Source of the DNA: Lytechinus pictus
Taxonomy: Eukaryota
DNA length: 64,000 nt
Assembly (NCBI RefSeq): GCF_037042905.1
Contig: NC_087263.1
Coordinates: 12,092,001 to 12,156,000 of the forward strand
Direction of reading: 5' to 3'
Shown: in pieces, positions 36,501 through 48,500 of the stretch
Numbering within the stretch: the stretch's first letter is position 1
Layout: each line of letters begins with the position of its first letter
Translations under genes and position numbers: made by a program
Notes under the pieces: generated by a model
What the model saw: only the letters and a program-made list of their open reading frames with translations
Told to the model about the DNA's origin: nothing
The model's database searches: none

Positions 36501-39500
36501 GTCATATATGCTGTTTTCAACATGATGAAAGACGTGAAGGCCCGTATTCTCAAAAGAGATTTCATTTCACCACGGACTATTAAGCAGATATCTTTGACAT
36601 AATTGCTCTTATTACATTACATATACTAAGAAAAACATTTTGGCCAAGGGCGCTTCTAGAGAAGTGCAATAAACACAAGAAGTCTGCATAATCCATGGTT
36701 TTGTACCGTGGTATAATTGGAACCTTTTGAGAATACAAGCCAAAGACTTTTTTTTCTCACAGTAAGTGAAAATTGAAATCTATACATTGAATAACATCCT
36801 ACTAACTAATGCTGGGATAATGATAATAATAACAACACGCCTCAGAATAGAATATTTCTAGATAGATGGGGCTATGTAAATGCCTATTATTATTATCATT
36901 AACACATTTTTTTATACTGCAATGTATTGCAATAATTTCCACAATTTGAATGAGTTTATTTGAAATATTGTCATACTTTGTTCTCCATCCAGAAACTTTG
37001 TGCTCACATCAAATATCCATGGAAAGCAATAGACAATCATACATTCTTTTTGTGATCATTTTAAAAATCTTTTTTTTTTACTTTTATTTTCCTTCCCCAG
37101 ACACAAAGAGAGACAAGACATTAGGAGTGATGAGTCAGAAGTTCATCATGCTTTTCCTCGTCTGTAAGGTGTGTATCGATAGTTGGAATCCTTGCGCACA
37201 AGTTGCCACCCTTATTGTGCCGTCACTCCGTTGCAGCAATCCTGAAAAAACTGGTTGACAATATTAAATTTCCTGTGTTTCTCTTTCAACGTGATTATAA
37301 ACCGTAGTTAACCACAACATTGTTCCTGTGACCCCACTTCTATTTCCACTGATTAGTTCTTAGTATTCCCTGTTCAATATCTCTTTAATATTTCAGTTCT
37401 CATGCGGTCCCTGCAATCTAGGGAAAAAGTTGTTGGCCTGCAGGGAATAATTTTGCTTGACAAATTTGAATACCATTTTGGTCAAGAGAAAAGCTCTCAA
37501 CTAAGTATTGTACAGTCCTATGTAAAAATGTGCTATACAAAAGACTTAATATGCATAGCAGTCTTTAAAAAATGTGGAGCAAATTGCAATGCGATACCAG
37601 GAAAATTATTCCCTGACCTGCACAGGAAAGTATGCCTCTCATGATGATTATGTTGGTGGCCCACTATTGTGAAACATTCAAATTGGAATGTTATCTACTA
37701 CAGCCCATTCCAGTGAATATGAATTGTATTCCTTTTTCTGTATTTTATTTTATTAGGATCGGATCATCTCTTTGGATGTAGCTGCCAGGATTCTAAAAGG
37801 AGATCAGAATTATCAGATTGGAGAAAATGCAAAGTTCAAGAGTAAGTTCATCTTATTACTGTTTTTCTAATAATGTAGAAAAAAATGTTGCTAATGATAG
37901 TAGTAGGTCCCTCTGTATAGTCTAGCCACTATAGTACATGTATTTGTATACTATGAGATATTACTTTAGTACCCCGACCGTAGCTGGGTCACCGTGTAGG
38001 CTCTAAAGCATTCCAGGAAGAAATCCTTCTAGGTACCCATTCACTTCACCTGGGTTGAGTGCAGCACAAAGCAGATACATATCTTGCTGATATGTGACTA
38101 GTCATCCGAAAAACAACAATAAATCAGAAGGGGTGGTTCTTTGTACAAAAGTCGTTAGAGCGGGGGTTTTAGATTCTGGGTTCGATTCCTACTTGGTGCA
38201 CTAGTGCCCTTAGGTGAGGCATTTATCCTCATTACCAGGTCCCTCGGAGAGGACTTTAAGCTGTTGGTCCTCTGGTTGCTTGCTTACAAGCATTGATGCT
38301 TTCTTTGCAGTCGGGTAAAAAATTACCGCCAATTTTTTTTTTTTTTAAATATTAGAAAATAAGCTTATCTGAAAGAGAAATGCTTTTGCTTCATTCTTTG
38401 AAAATGTGAAGTTTTACATCACAAATTGTCTTCCTCAAAGTCTTTGATATTCTGGATGCCCTACTAACATTGCCCTCTTCTGTTTAACCCTCTGGCAGCT
38501 AAAGTAAGGAGACTGTATGATATTGCCAACATCTTGACGAGTCTGAAACTGATTGATAAAATCCACTTATCGGAGGGAAGGAGTCGCAAGCCAGCGTTCA
38601 GGTGGATAGGGCCGGATCCTGATACAAGTCACGTCGACTGGAGTAAGTATGATTGTTATTGTGACTCCACCCACCAAAGGTGTTTGCTGGAAGCATGACA
38701 GGGTTTGCCATTTGCACGTGCCATGAGTGAATGTGATGTACCATAAGTACATTATAAGGCCTTTTTAAAAAGTATTGACCTCTTAAGACCAAATTTGGAA
38801 ATTTCACTCGACTAAAATTTGTATACCGTACTGTGAACACAAAGCAAAAATGTGTAACAGGGCTTTTTGAAATAGGACCCTGGCAATTTCACACAAGATA
38901 CCTTGACAAAACCTTACACCTTTTTATCAGACTTTTCAATGATTCCATGAGTGAAATCATGAACTTTAAAATTGATTACAGTAATTCTCTTTTTTTTTTT
39001 TTGTACAGGTGAACTTCCAACAGGCAAAAAACCAACACAGAAGCATTCCTACTTTCCTCTACCACCTGGTATGTATTATTAGTATCTACAGTTTATATAT
39101 TTTACTCTTTCCTTTTACATTTTTCCCTCTCCATTTCCCTTTGAAGATTTGCTTTGTTTAGAGGCCTTCACCCCTAGAAGACATTTTAATGCTATGGATG
39201 GGTTTAGTTTGAAATTTGACATACAAGTATTGTTCTATTTAAACCACTTATATACCAAAATTGTTACATATACCCAAATTATGTTTTATAGTTATTGTCT
39301 CTTTGTGTGTACATAATCTTGCTTTTTAGGAATTTGAAATGAATACTCAAATGAATTGAGAAAATTTATAATTGTCTGACACTTTTGCCAAGGTTTATAT
39401 GACTCATTTTAATAGAGAATAGTAAAAAAAAATCAAGTTAATAATGGGAAAGGTGTCAAAAAAACCCATCGGGAATAGATATAGATAGATTAAAGATAAT

Positions 39501-42500
39501 TGTCAAGATTATTTTTGTTAAGAATGTCATTAATCCATTCTTTTTAGGATGTATGTAGGTCGTTCAATATGATTGTTTTCATTTTTGTTTCCTATTCCAA
39601 TTGTTTAGAGCACTAAGATACTTAATTGTAAGTTGTCTTGTATAAAAAGTGAGTATTATTCTTATTTTTATTTTCTCTTTTTTTTTGGTCACCTAAACAG
39701 TGAATTCATCCTCCTGGTCGTCTAATCCAACCCACAAACAAACCCCCGCAATGGTCAAACTGCCGCTCGGGAAGACGACGCCTCTCAAGTCCCGCATCAT
39801 CTGGAGCCGGAACGCATCGTTCAGCGCGATGTGCGAGGTTGCAGAGCAGGAGCATCGCAAGTGTTCCTCGGCGCCGAACAGTCCCGTCAAGGATGAGGAG
39901 GTCGACAAGGAGAACAGCTCAGCGTCGACGTTGAATAATGGCAGCAAAAAAGGTGACTTATTTTCACTGGGCTTTATCTGTGTTCATTAAAGGAGAATGA
40001 AACCCTTGAAACCAGCTGAATCCATATCAAAGAGAAAAATCAAAGAAACATATTGTTGAAAGTTTGAGGAAGATTGAATGAATAATAAGAAAGTTATGAG
40101 CATTTGAAAATTGAGATCACTAATGCCATGTAGATCCTCCCATTGGCAATGCAACCAAGATCTGTGATGTCACACATGTACAACTCCCTCATTACTTTAG
40201 TACTTATTTCACTTATATTCTCACTTTTATAGAGTCTATCACAAGGTGAGGTGTTCTCTTTATGAGAGGACAAGTACAGAGGTTTCACAACATTATATTA
40301 ATGATGAATCGTTTGTCATATGATTAGAATGAGCAAAAAGAGATGTTTTGGGGTACATTTTCAGTGTCCAAAAGGGGAGAGTTGTCCAGTTTTGGGGTAC
40401 ATTTTCAGTGTCCAAAAGGGGAGAGTTGTCCAGTTTTGGACACTGAAAATATACCCCAAAACATCTCTTTTTGCTCATTCTAATCATATGACAAACGATT
40501 CATCAATGATATAATGTTGTGAAACCTCTGTACTTGTCCTCTCATAAAGAGAACACCTCACCTTGTGATAGACTCTATAAAAGTGAGAATATAAGTGAAA
40601 TAAGTACTAAAGTAATGAGGGAGTTGTACGTGTGTGACATCACAGATCTTGGTCGCATTGCCAATGGGAGGATCTACATGGCATTAGTGATCTCAATATT
40701 CAAATGCTCATAACTTTCTTATTATTCATTCAATCTTCCTCAAACTTTCAACAATATGTTTCTTTGATTTTTCTCTTTTATATGGATTTAGCTGGTTTCA
40801 AGGGTTTCATTCTCCTTTAATATTAACCTTACTCTTGTGTTTCTGTAATTCCCATAGGCTTTGTACAGGAACCATCAGGTTCTAGACTTTGTGTGAAGCA
40901 TAGGAAATGCCTGTAACAGAGATATCTTTGGGAGAAAGCCTGATCGTCCTTGGGCAACTGTAGGGACAGTGATTTTCCGTTATACTGGTAAATGAAACGG
41001 AAATTCAGTTTGGTTCATATACTTTTCATTTAAAAATTCATGGAATTAACCTTCGCAAAACGGAATTCAGGTTTTTGGTGTGTACATTTTCAGTGACAAA
41101 GCGGAATTTCCATTTTTAGATCAAGTTGAAACAGAATTACAGATTTTCAGAAACGGAAAATCACTGTCTCTACAACTGTCAGTCCAGGGAAAGTGAGATA
41201 ATGTCTTTACCATAAGGTTTTTTTCTAGTGGCATTAAATTAAATCCTATATTACCCCGGCTAAGCTAGTCAACCGATTCTGGTGCGCACAGCTTTTTGAG
41301 GAATTACTTCCTGCCGGTACACATTTACCTCACCTGGGTCGAGTGCAGCACAGTGTGGATAAATGTCTTGCTGAAGGAAAACACGCCATGGCTAGGATTC
41401 GAACCCATGACCCTCTGTTTGAAAGGGGAGAGTCAGATCCACTAGACCACGACGCACCCACATTTATATCTGATTGGTTTCAGATTTCCCATTAAAACCG
41501 ATGACAGTCCCTCTTAAAAGCGTTTTCATGCAAAAGCTAATCTCTTATTTCCCCATTTACATCAGCAGAAGAGGAGTTTATTCAGGAGTTCCAGGCACTG
41601 CAAAACAAGTACCCCGCCTGCGTGTCCAGACTGTTCTGTGGCTCCACCGTGACCTCATCCGACCCTTCACCTCTGAACTCTGACGCAGCACCGTTGACCC
41701 CGGAGTCGTTCCATCGTCGGCTAAGCCCCAGAGATGGCTCTCAGGTCACCACAGTGAGGATAGCCAGCCCCAGAAGTCAGGGAGACGGGGAGTGTACGAG
41801 TGCCTCCAAGACAAAGTCGCAGAAATTGGTCTATGTGCAGAGGTGAGGTCATTGCTTCGGAGATGCCACTTTCAGATTAAAGTCTAAGTTCAGGCTTTTG
41901 ATGATTTTGAGACTTTTTATAGATTTTGAATGTTCATCTCCGATTGCCTTGAAGATATAAAGCAAAATCTTGTGTCTGATTTATTTTTCCCTTAATTTCT
42001 CACATTTCTAAATGCCTCTGCCTACCATAGCTGATTGTCCACTTTGCACCATATTTTCCGGTCATTCGAGAATTATGAAATTAAAAATTGAAAAACTAAT
42101 CCCAAGGCATAAGGAAAAAAATTAGCATTGACCAGTAGAAAAAGCAGTGAGATCACTGGAGCGTATGAATAAAGTTTTTAATCATTTGTAGAAAGAAATA
42201 TTACAATTTGATAATGTGTGGTGTTGAATACACTGTTGTCAATCAATTAGTCAGAATTAATGCGATGGAGTGACGTCAATACAAGGGTGCAACTAGCATG
42301 AATGCATTATGAAATGTATGAATTAGTTTCATGATTGCAAACGGGTCATTGACAAGTGAAAATTTTCTTCCTATTTCCACCCAGGTTTGTCCCATTGTTG
42401 AACGCCAACACCATGGCAGCCGTTCAGGCAAGCTCCACCCATCAGACGAATGCCGGTAACCCCACCATCACCACCGGGAACCGAACCATCGTCACGCCAA

Positions 42501-45500
42501 ACAGCAACAGCCCCCTCGTGAGTGGGCCCCACCCTGCCGTCATATCCCCGACTCCCGGATCGGTCATCCACCTGCTTCCGATGAGACAGGATAATTGGGT
42601 GAAGCTTCCCAGCGCCAGCGAGGTGGTCTCTAAGAGTGCAATTGGCAACGGCCAGCATTCCACCACAAAGTAAGCCCAGAATGGATATAAGTTATTAAAG
42701 AAAATAATTACTTGTTTTGGGGACTATGTTTCACAACCTACTCCCTAAATCTGCAACATTGGATAAGCTTTAACATTGTAGTGAAAGGGGATTTCCAGGG
42801 GTCTTCTGAGCATTTGGAGTGCAAAATCACCCCAAGCCCCTGTGTATTTCTTCCCTTTGTCCAGAATGACTGATTAATCTTCTTTGCAATGTTGGACAAA
42901 ACTTCCCATTAATTTTAACTGAAATTAATCATATTAACAGTTCGTCCCATCATAAAGACAGAGTGATGTTAGATCAAGTAGATATTAGATGAAATGGGTA
43001 TAGGCTAAATGCAAATTGAACCAAATGGTAATTGGGTTATAGACCCTATGTATATGACATCATAAGCTCATAGCGCCCTCCCTCAGGGGATATAGGAATA
43101 CACGTAAACAGAGTTGTCAGAGATCAACATTGCACACAAGCCAATGGCTTCAGCCTCTAAGATGGCGATGCATACGGTCTATAATTTAGATGAAATGATT
43201 AGTAGACGAATTAGGAGGAGACCAATGACCTTGTTCACATGAACTGTTTTCCCTTAAACCAGTCTAAGAAAACAGTTTGGTAGATCACTTTGCGAGCATT
43301 CTCATCAGCATCTGAACGGATTTTCAGAACCACTTCAAATAAAGCAATCTTGTTTCTACGTGAACACTCTCTGTGGTTTCTTATGTTTCGCGCAAAAATT
43401 GAAACTGCAGCGTAGGCATTCTATACACAGTGTGAGGAGTAGTGTCCCAAAAATGCTTGAAGATTGTTTGTGTCCTCACCTACGCTTAAACTAGTTCCAT
43501 GAGGCAAAGCGGTCTTGAAAACCACATGTCGAGGTGGTTTCCATACTGGTTTGGAAGATCGTTTTGGGCATTCCCATTACCCATTAAACTAGTTTTAGGA
43601 CTGTAATGACAACAGGGTCAAACTGAAAGTGGGTATTATGGGTGCAGACATAGTGCCAATTTACCTTTTTCTATCTTATTTTGCTTTAAAACTGAACATC
43701 TTTCTTTTCTTTGTCAACAGTTCTGTAGCATCCCCGGAGGCTGCAGAAACTCAGGTCAAGTGTCCAGTGACGTCCAGTTCCAACCAGGTGGTGACCATCA
43801 TACGACGCAGCAAACGAGCGGTCAAGCTCGCACTGGACAAGGAGTTTGAATATCACCCGCTCATTAAGAAGGTCAAGTCTGGAGCTACTGGAACGACTAT
43901 TCAGGTAAAAAAATTAAGTTATTGTTGTTAGGATTTTTAATCTGTTAGGAGGCATTAAGTCCGTCCCAACAGCAAAATTATTTGACTGCTATATATAGGA
44001 ATGTCAGACAGACAAAAATACTGAAAAGTTCATCAGACTTGGGTATGAAAGAAAATAAGTTCTTGACTCTTCCTGAATTAATCCTTTTGTATTCTGTTTC
44101 AGTTGCAGTTGATCGCAATCTACTTCTTAGTCATTATTTGCAGTTGTCACAATGTGTAATCTACCAAAATTTTCTGTTGATCACAAAGTATCATTGAGTG
44201 TCATTTGCAATTACATTCTATCACATTCTATGTTACATTCTTACATTCTATATTACATAATATCCAATTCCTTTGGAAGTGCATAGAGACGTTATTTATA
44301 ATGTGTTATGCGCTATACAAGAACTGTGTATTATTATTATCATAAGTTGCAATTGATTGCAATTTGTGTGATTGTGCCTGGATCTCTAACTTAAAGGTAA
44401 ATGCTAGTTTTGGTAACGATATCAAAATGAGTTCGTACAGAATCCAATGAAATGACCACCAAAGTGTCTGTTTGTATAAATAAAACGCATGTGCCAAAGG
44501 ATTCTGGAAGAAATTGTGTAATTGCTGAGAAATCAGCAAATAAGCACAGGATTCGGGTAGAGCGTCTTGCCCGACGCTCAAAGCAATAATTATACACTGT
44601 CCCACGTGCGCTTATCTGTGTTGGGGAAGTTCAGTCTCAACATTTTTCAGCGTAGATTTCAAGAGTTCACAAAGTTCAGTTTATGTAACTGTACCAGATC
44701 TAGATCCTCGATGATATACTGACAATTAAGCCTGGTTTTACAGACTTTCTAATGAAATCAGTGTTTACTGCAACTACTGGAATTTCTCTTTAAATCAAAT
44801 TTTGTCATAGTATAGACCTTGTTTATTAAGATTATCATGTTTATTGGATGCTTGTTTTTGTCTTTTTATTGAATCAGAACCCACCGACCAAGGCTACCAT
44901 CTCCGAACCCACCAAGAATTCTACCGTGATCATCACGCACCCCTCCCATCCAGTCTGCATCCCTGAGGGGCCCCACCCCCAGGCACACACCCCAGTGTCC
45001 CACCCACAAAAGAAGGCAGGCCAAGAGGAGACAGGTATGATATGAATTCCAGAAATAATTATATATCTAGATATAACATGAGTCAAAATGAATGATACCA
45101 TAAATTTTGAATAAAATTTGCAATTTTAAAGTGTCATTTGAATGAAATATCTTAGAATATGATGTGCTGATTTCTTTGACAAAATTCAACCCTTTAGAAG
45201 TGAATTACAGATAAGTCTGCCATAACTCAAACGATTAGTTCAGTGGTAGCAAATTTGAACACCAGATCATGCATAGCATGGGTTGTTTTGTGTCTTTGAA
45301 GTCAAATTACGCTAAAGGGGCTATCTCACTAAGCAACCTTTTTGACGAGTATTGAAAAGTCTTACGAATGTTAGTGGCATCAAACTGGATTTGCAAACTG
45401 CCTTGAAACGGAAAAGAAAAATGTTCGGAAACATTGGAATCACATTCTTTATTAGAGGGTTGATTTTAAACAGGTGCTGCATGGTTTATATGATTGCTAA

Positions 45501-48500
45501 CATATTGGCGAATCCAAAAGAACCTCAGCGACACTCTTACAAATCAGTTTAGAAGCTTTCTTGCAACCTTTTTTTACAAACTTTTTGCCACTTTTTACAA
45601 ACGTTGGCAATCTCAAATTCGCCATGTTCGCAAGCATTTGCCGCTCAGTGAGATATCCCCCCTTAAATCAAACCAATTTCTGCACTCTCAGAGATCAGTC
45701 TTAAAAAAGATTAATCTGTATTCATGGATTTCTCCAATTTTATTTTGTACATTGGAAATGAAAATGAAATCAGCTAAAGTCTAAGATTAGTTTCCGCTCG
45801 ATGGCAATTGTTTATCCAACAGGGCAAGGTGAAGGGAGTAGGATTAAGGATAAGATCATGACACAGGTACTTTGTTGTTGTTATCCAAGAAAGGAGTTCC
45901 ATGTTGCATTTCAGATTTCTTGGAAACTTGGAAAGTTTCTTGGTGTTATTTCTTTGTTTATTTCAAAGTTTTCTTCACAGTATTAATTTGTATTTGTTGT
46001 TTTGGGGATTTCCCAACTGCATGCATGTTTTTCTTCTTCATTGAGACGTTCAATCATGTTTATCAACCCTGTTGTTTGACCTTGAATATATTTGTGCCCT
46101 TTTACAGATTTCCTATTTGTGCTATAATATAGTAATTTGCCCTATAGAAAAGGGGTCTTACCCTAGAACAAATTATTGAAATTAAGTTGTTCAACCGTAT
46201 AATGTTTTCTTCTAGGCTGTGTAACACAAAGGTTGGCGATCAGTTGCTTTATGAAAATGACCAATCAGGATCATTGTTACATGCACATTTGGTTCAAAGC
46301 ACTGTCCAGGAACCAATCAGATTCTTCCTTTCACATGTGAAATCCTCTGCAAACTTTTGTGTAACTAGGCCCCGATGAAAACAACAACTCATCGATTTTA
46401 TCAGAGATCATCAAAATTGATTTGCAAGGATGACTTTCTCTGTTGACACAAGTTGGTTTGGTTGTAATATCAGAATTCGAATATATTGATATACACATAT
46501 ATTTTCTTTTAGGGCGGGGCTAACACATTGGGCAAATCTCTATATTGCAACACAAATAAGAAATTATACAAAAAGGCACAATAGAATACCCGGTATTTCA
46601 GGCAATGGCATTGGATTGATTTAAGCCCTGTTATACTAAAAGTGTTTGAATACACATTTGAGGAACAGACAAAGGGTGTCTTTTTCCATTTATCTGTTTG
46701 CATTTTACTATTCTTATTTGTTTATCTTGAAAATGTGTTTTATCTATTTCTTGTTAGTAATTTTTTGTATTCTGATTAATGAAGTTACAACAGTATATTC
46801 TTAAAAGGTTCAGGAAATGCTATTAAAAGGTTCTTTTAAGCATTCTGTTGTGTACTTGCTTGTGTATGATTTGGTTTGTTTTCCAAGGTATGGAACAAGC
46901 GCACAATCTTAAATTATTCTACATGTAGTACAATTGTAACCCAGGGGCGGATCCAGGATTTTCCAAAAGGGGGGCACATTTTCTGGATTCACTTTCAAAG
47001 GGGGGGGGCACGCTTGGGTAAAAACGTTACATTGAAAATTTTGTTTATGGCTGAAAAGGGGAGGTGGGCATGGCCCGCTGTGACCCCCCCCCCCCCCCCC
47101 CCCCCCCCCGATTTGCCACTGTTGTAACCAATTTTAACCAATGCCATTGCCAGAGATGCCAATTAGTAAGATTTTTTAAGGGGAAAGTGACACGAGATAG
47201 GATTGTAAGAATGATGATTTTCGATTTTGTTTTTGTTTTTTTAAATGTGATTTTAGGTTTGAAAAAAGGATAAAAAGAAATACATGTAAAGAATAGGATT
47301 TTTTACAATTAATGTTGCCTGCTCTGCCTTGCCCCCCCCCCCCCCATTTTCCTCTTTCTCTAATTTTATTTCCTTTTTCTTCCTCTTTACTGGCTGTAAT
47401 AAGCCCATGACGCAGGCCAAATGTGACTGGATATGAAAATTCAAGTGTTTATTTGCTATAAGCATTAAAAGGAAAAGTTTACCCCAGCGATAAGTTTGTG
47501 ATACCTTGAATGGTGTCTCATAGAACTTTGCGATGACGCTTGTCAGCACCCTAATTGTGTTCGATGAAAACAGAAAAAAAATTGAGAAAAATATTGGAGG
47601 TTTGACGAAAATCAATGAATAAGAGTAATGAGTTTTTTTTTAGTTTTGAATTTGTAACGCCATGTCTGAGCAGTTCCCCATATGGCAAGTAATATAAATT
47701 CAATTTTTTTATAGTTTGTAATGACTGAATACTTTTCATGTATTATAAGAAAATATGAAATTACACCGATGACAATGAATGCATAAGTCAGAAATTATTT
47801 CAATTTTATGAGATAATGGCATTTAATGGAATTTTTATCACACGGGGGATTTGCTCGCATGTGATGTCACAAAGTCGCACAAAAAAATCCTTGTTATTCG
47901 TTCAATCTTTGATGGATGTTTGCCAACATTTTTTCACCTTTTTTTAAAGCCAACTTTTCATCAGGGTGAAATTCCCCTGTAATGTTATTTGATTTCAAGT
48001 CTTTATTAAAATTTAACATGTTATATTTTTCTTGATATTTATTTGATAGGAAACACCGTTTGTTAGGAATGACACCAAGCTGAGAAGAGCTGCCCTGAAG
48101 CATGTGAAAAGACGTCTTACAATAGACCTTGATAAAGAACCCTCGGAAACAGCAAAAGCCTCAACAGTGAAAGGTGCTACTCCAAAGTATTCAAGCAAGA
48201 AAATGCCTCGGTGCCATTCCCTGTCTGAACTTGATAAAAGAAAAGTTATTACTTCTCCAGTTAATGGACTGATTGTTCCCTACCTTGAGACAAATGGTGC
48301 GCTTCATGGAAAAGAGAGGGCAGGCAGTAGGTCTTCTGTGGATGAAGCACGAACAGGAGCCAGAACCCCTAGAGGACACAACTACAGCACAAACAGTGTG
48401 AAAATGAAATTCGGAGGAAAGTTCGGAAGCCTGAAGAAAAATGTTGACGATGCTAGGCTCGACAATCTTCGGGGTTCAAAGACATCCGAAAATCTGGTTA

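Noticed and set aside
40094..40713. Repeated 64-aa ORFs ([16 protein letters not shown]...), also at 20703
   Set aside because: Chance ORFs inside copies of MITE family B, with no transposase motifs and a non-ATG start.
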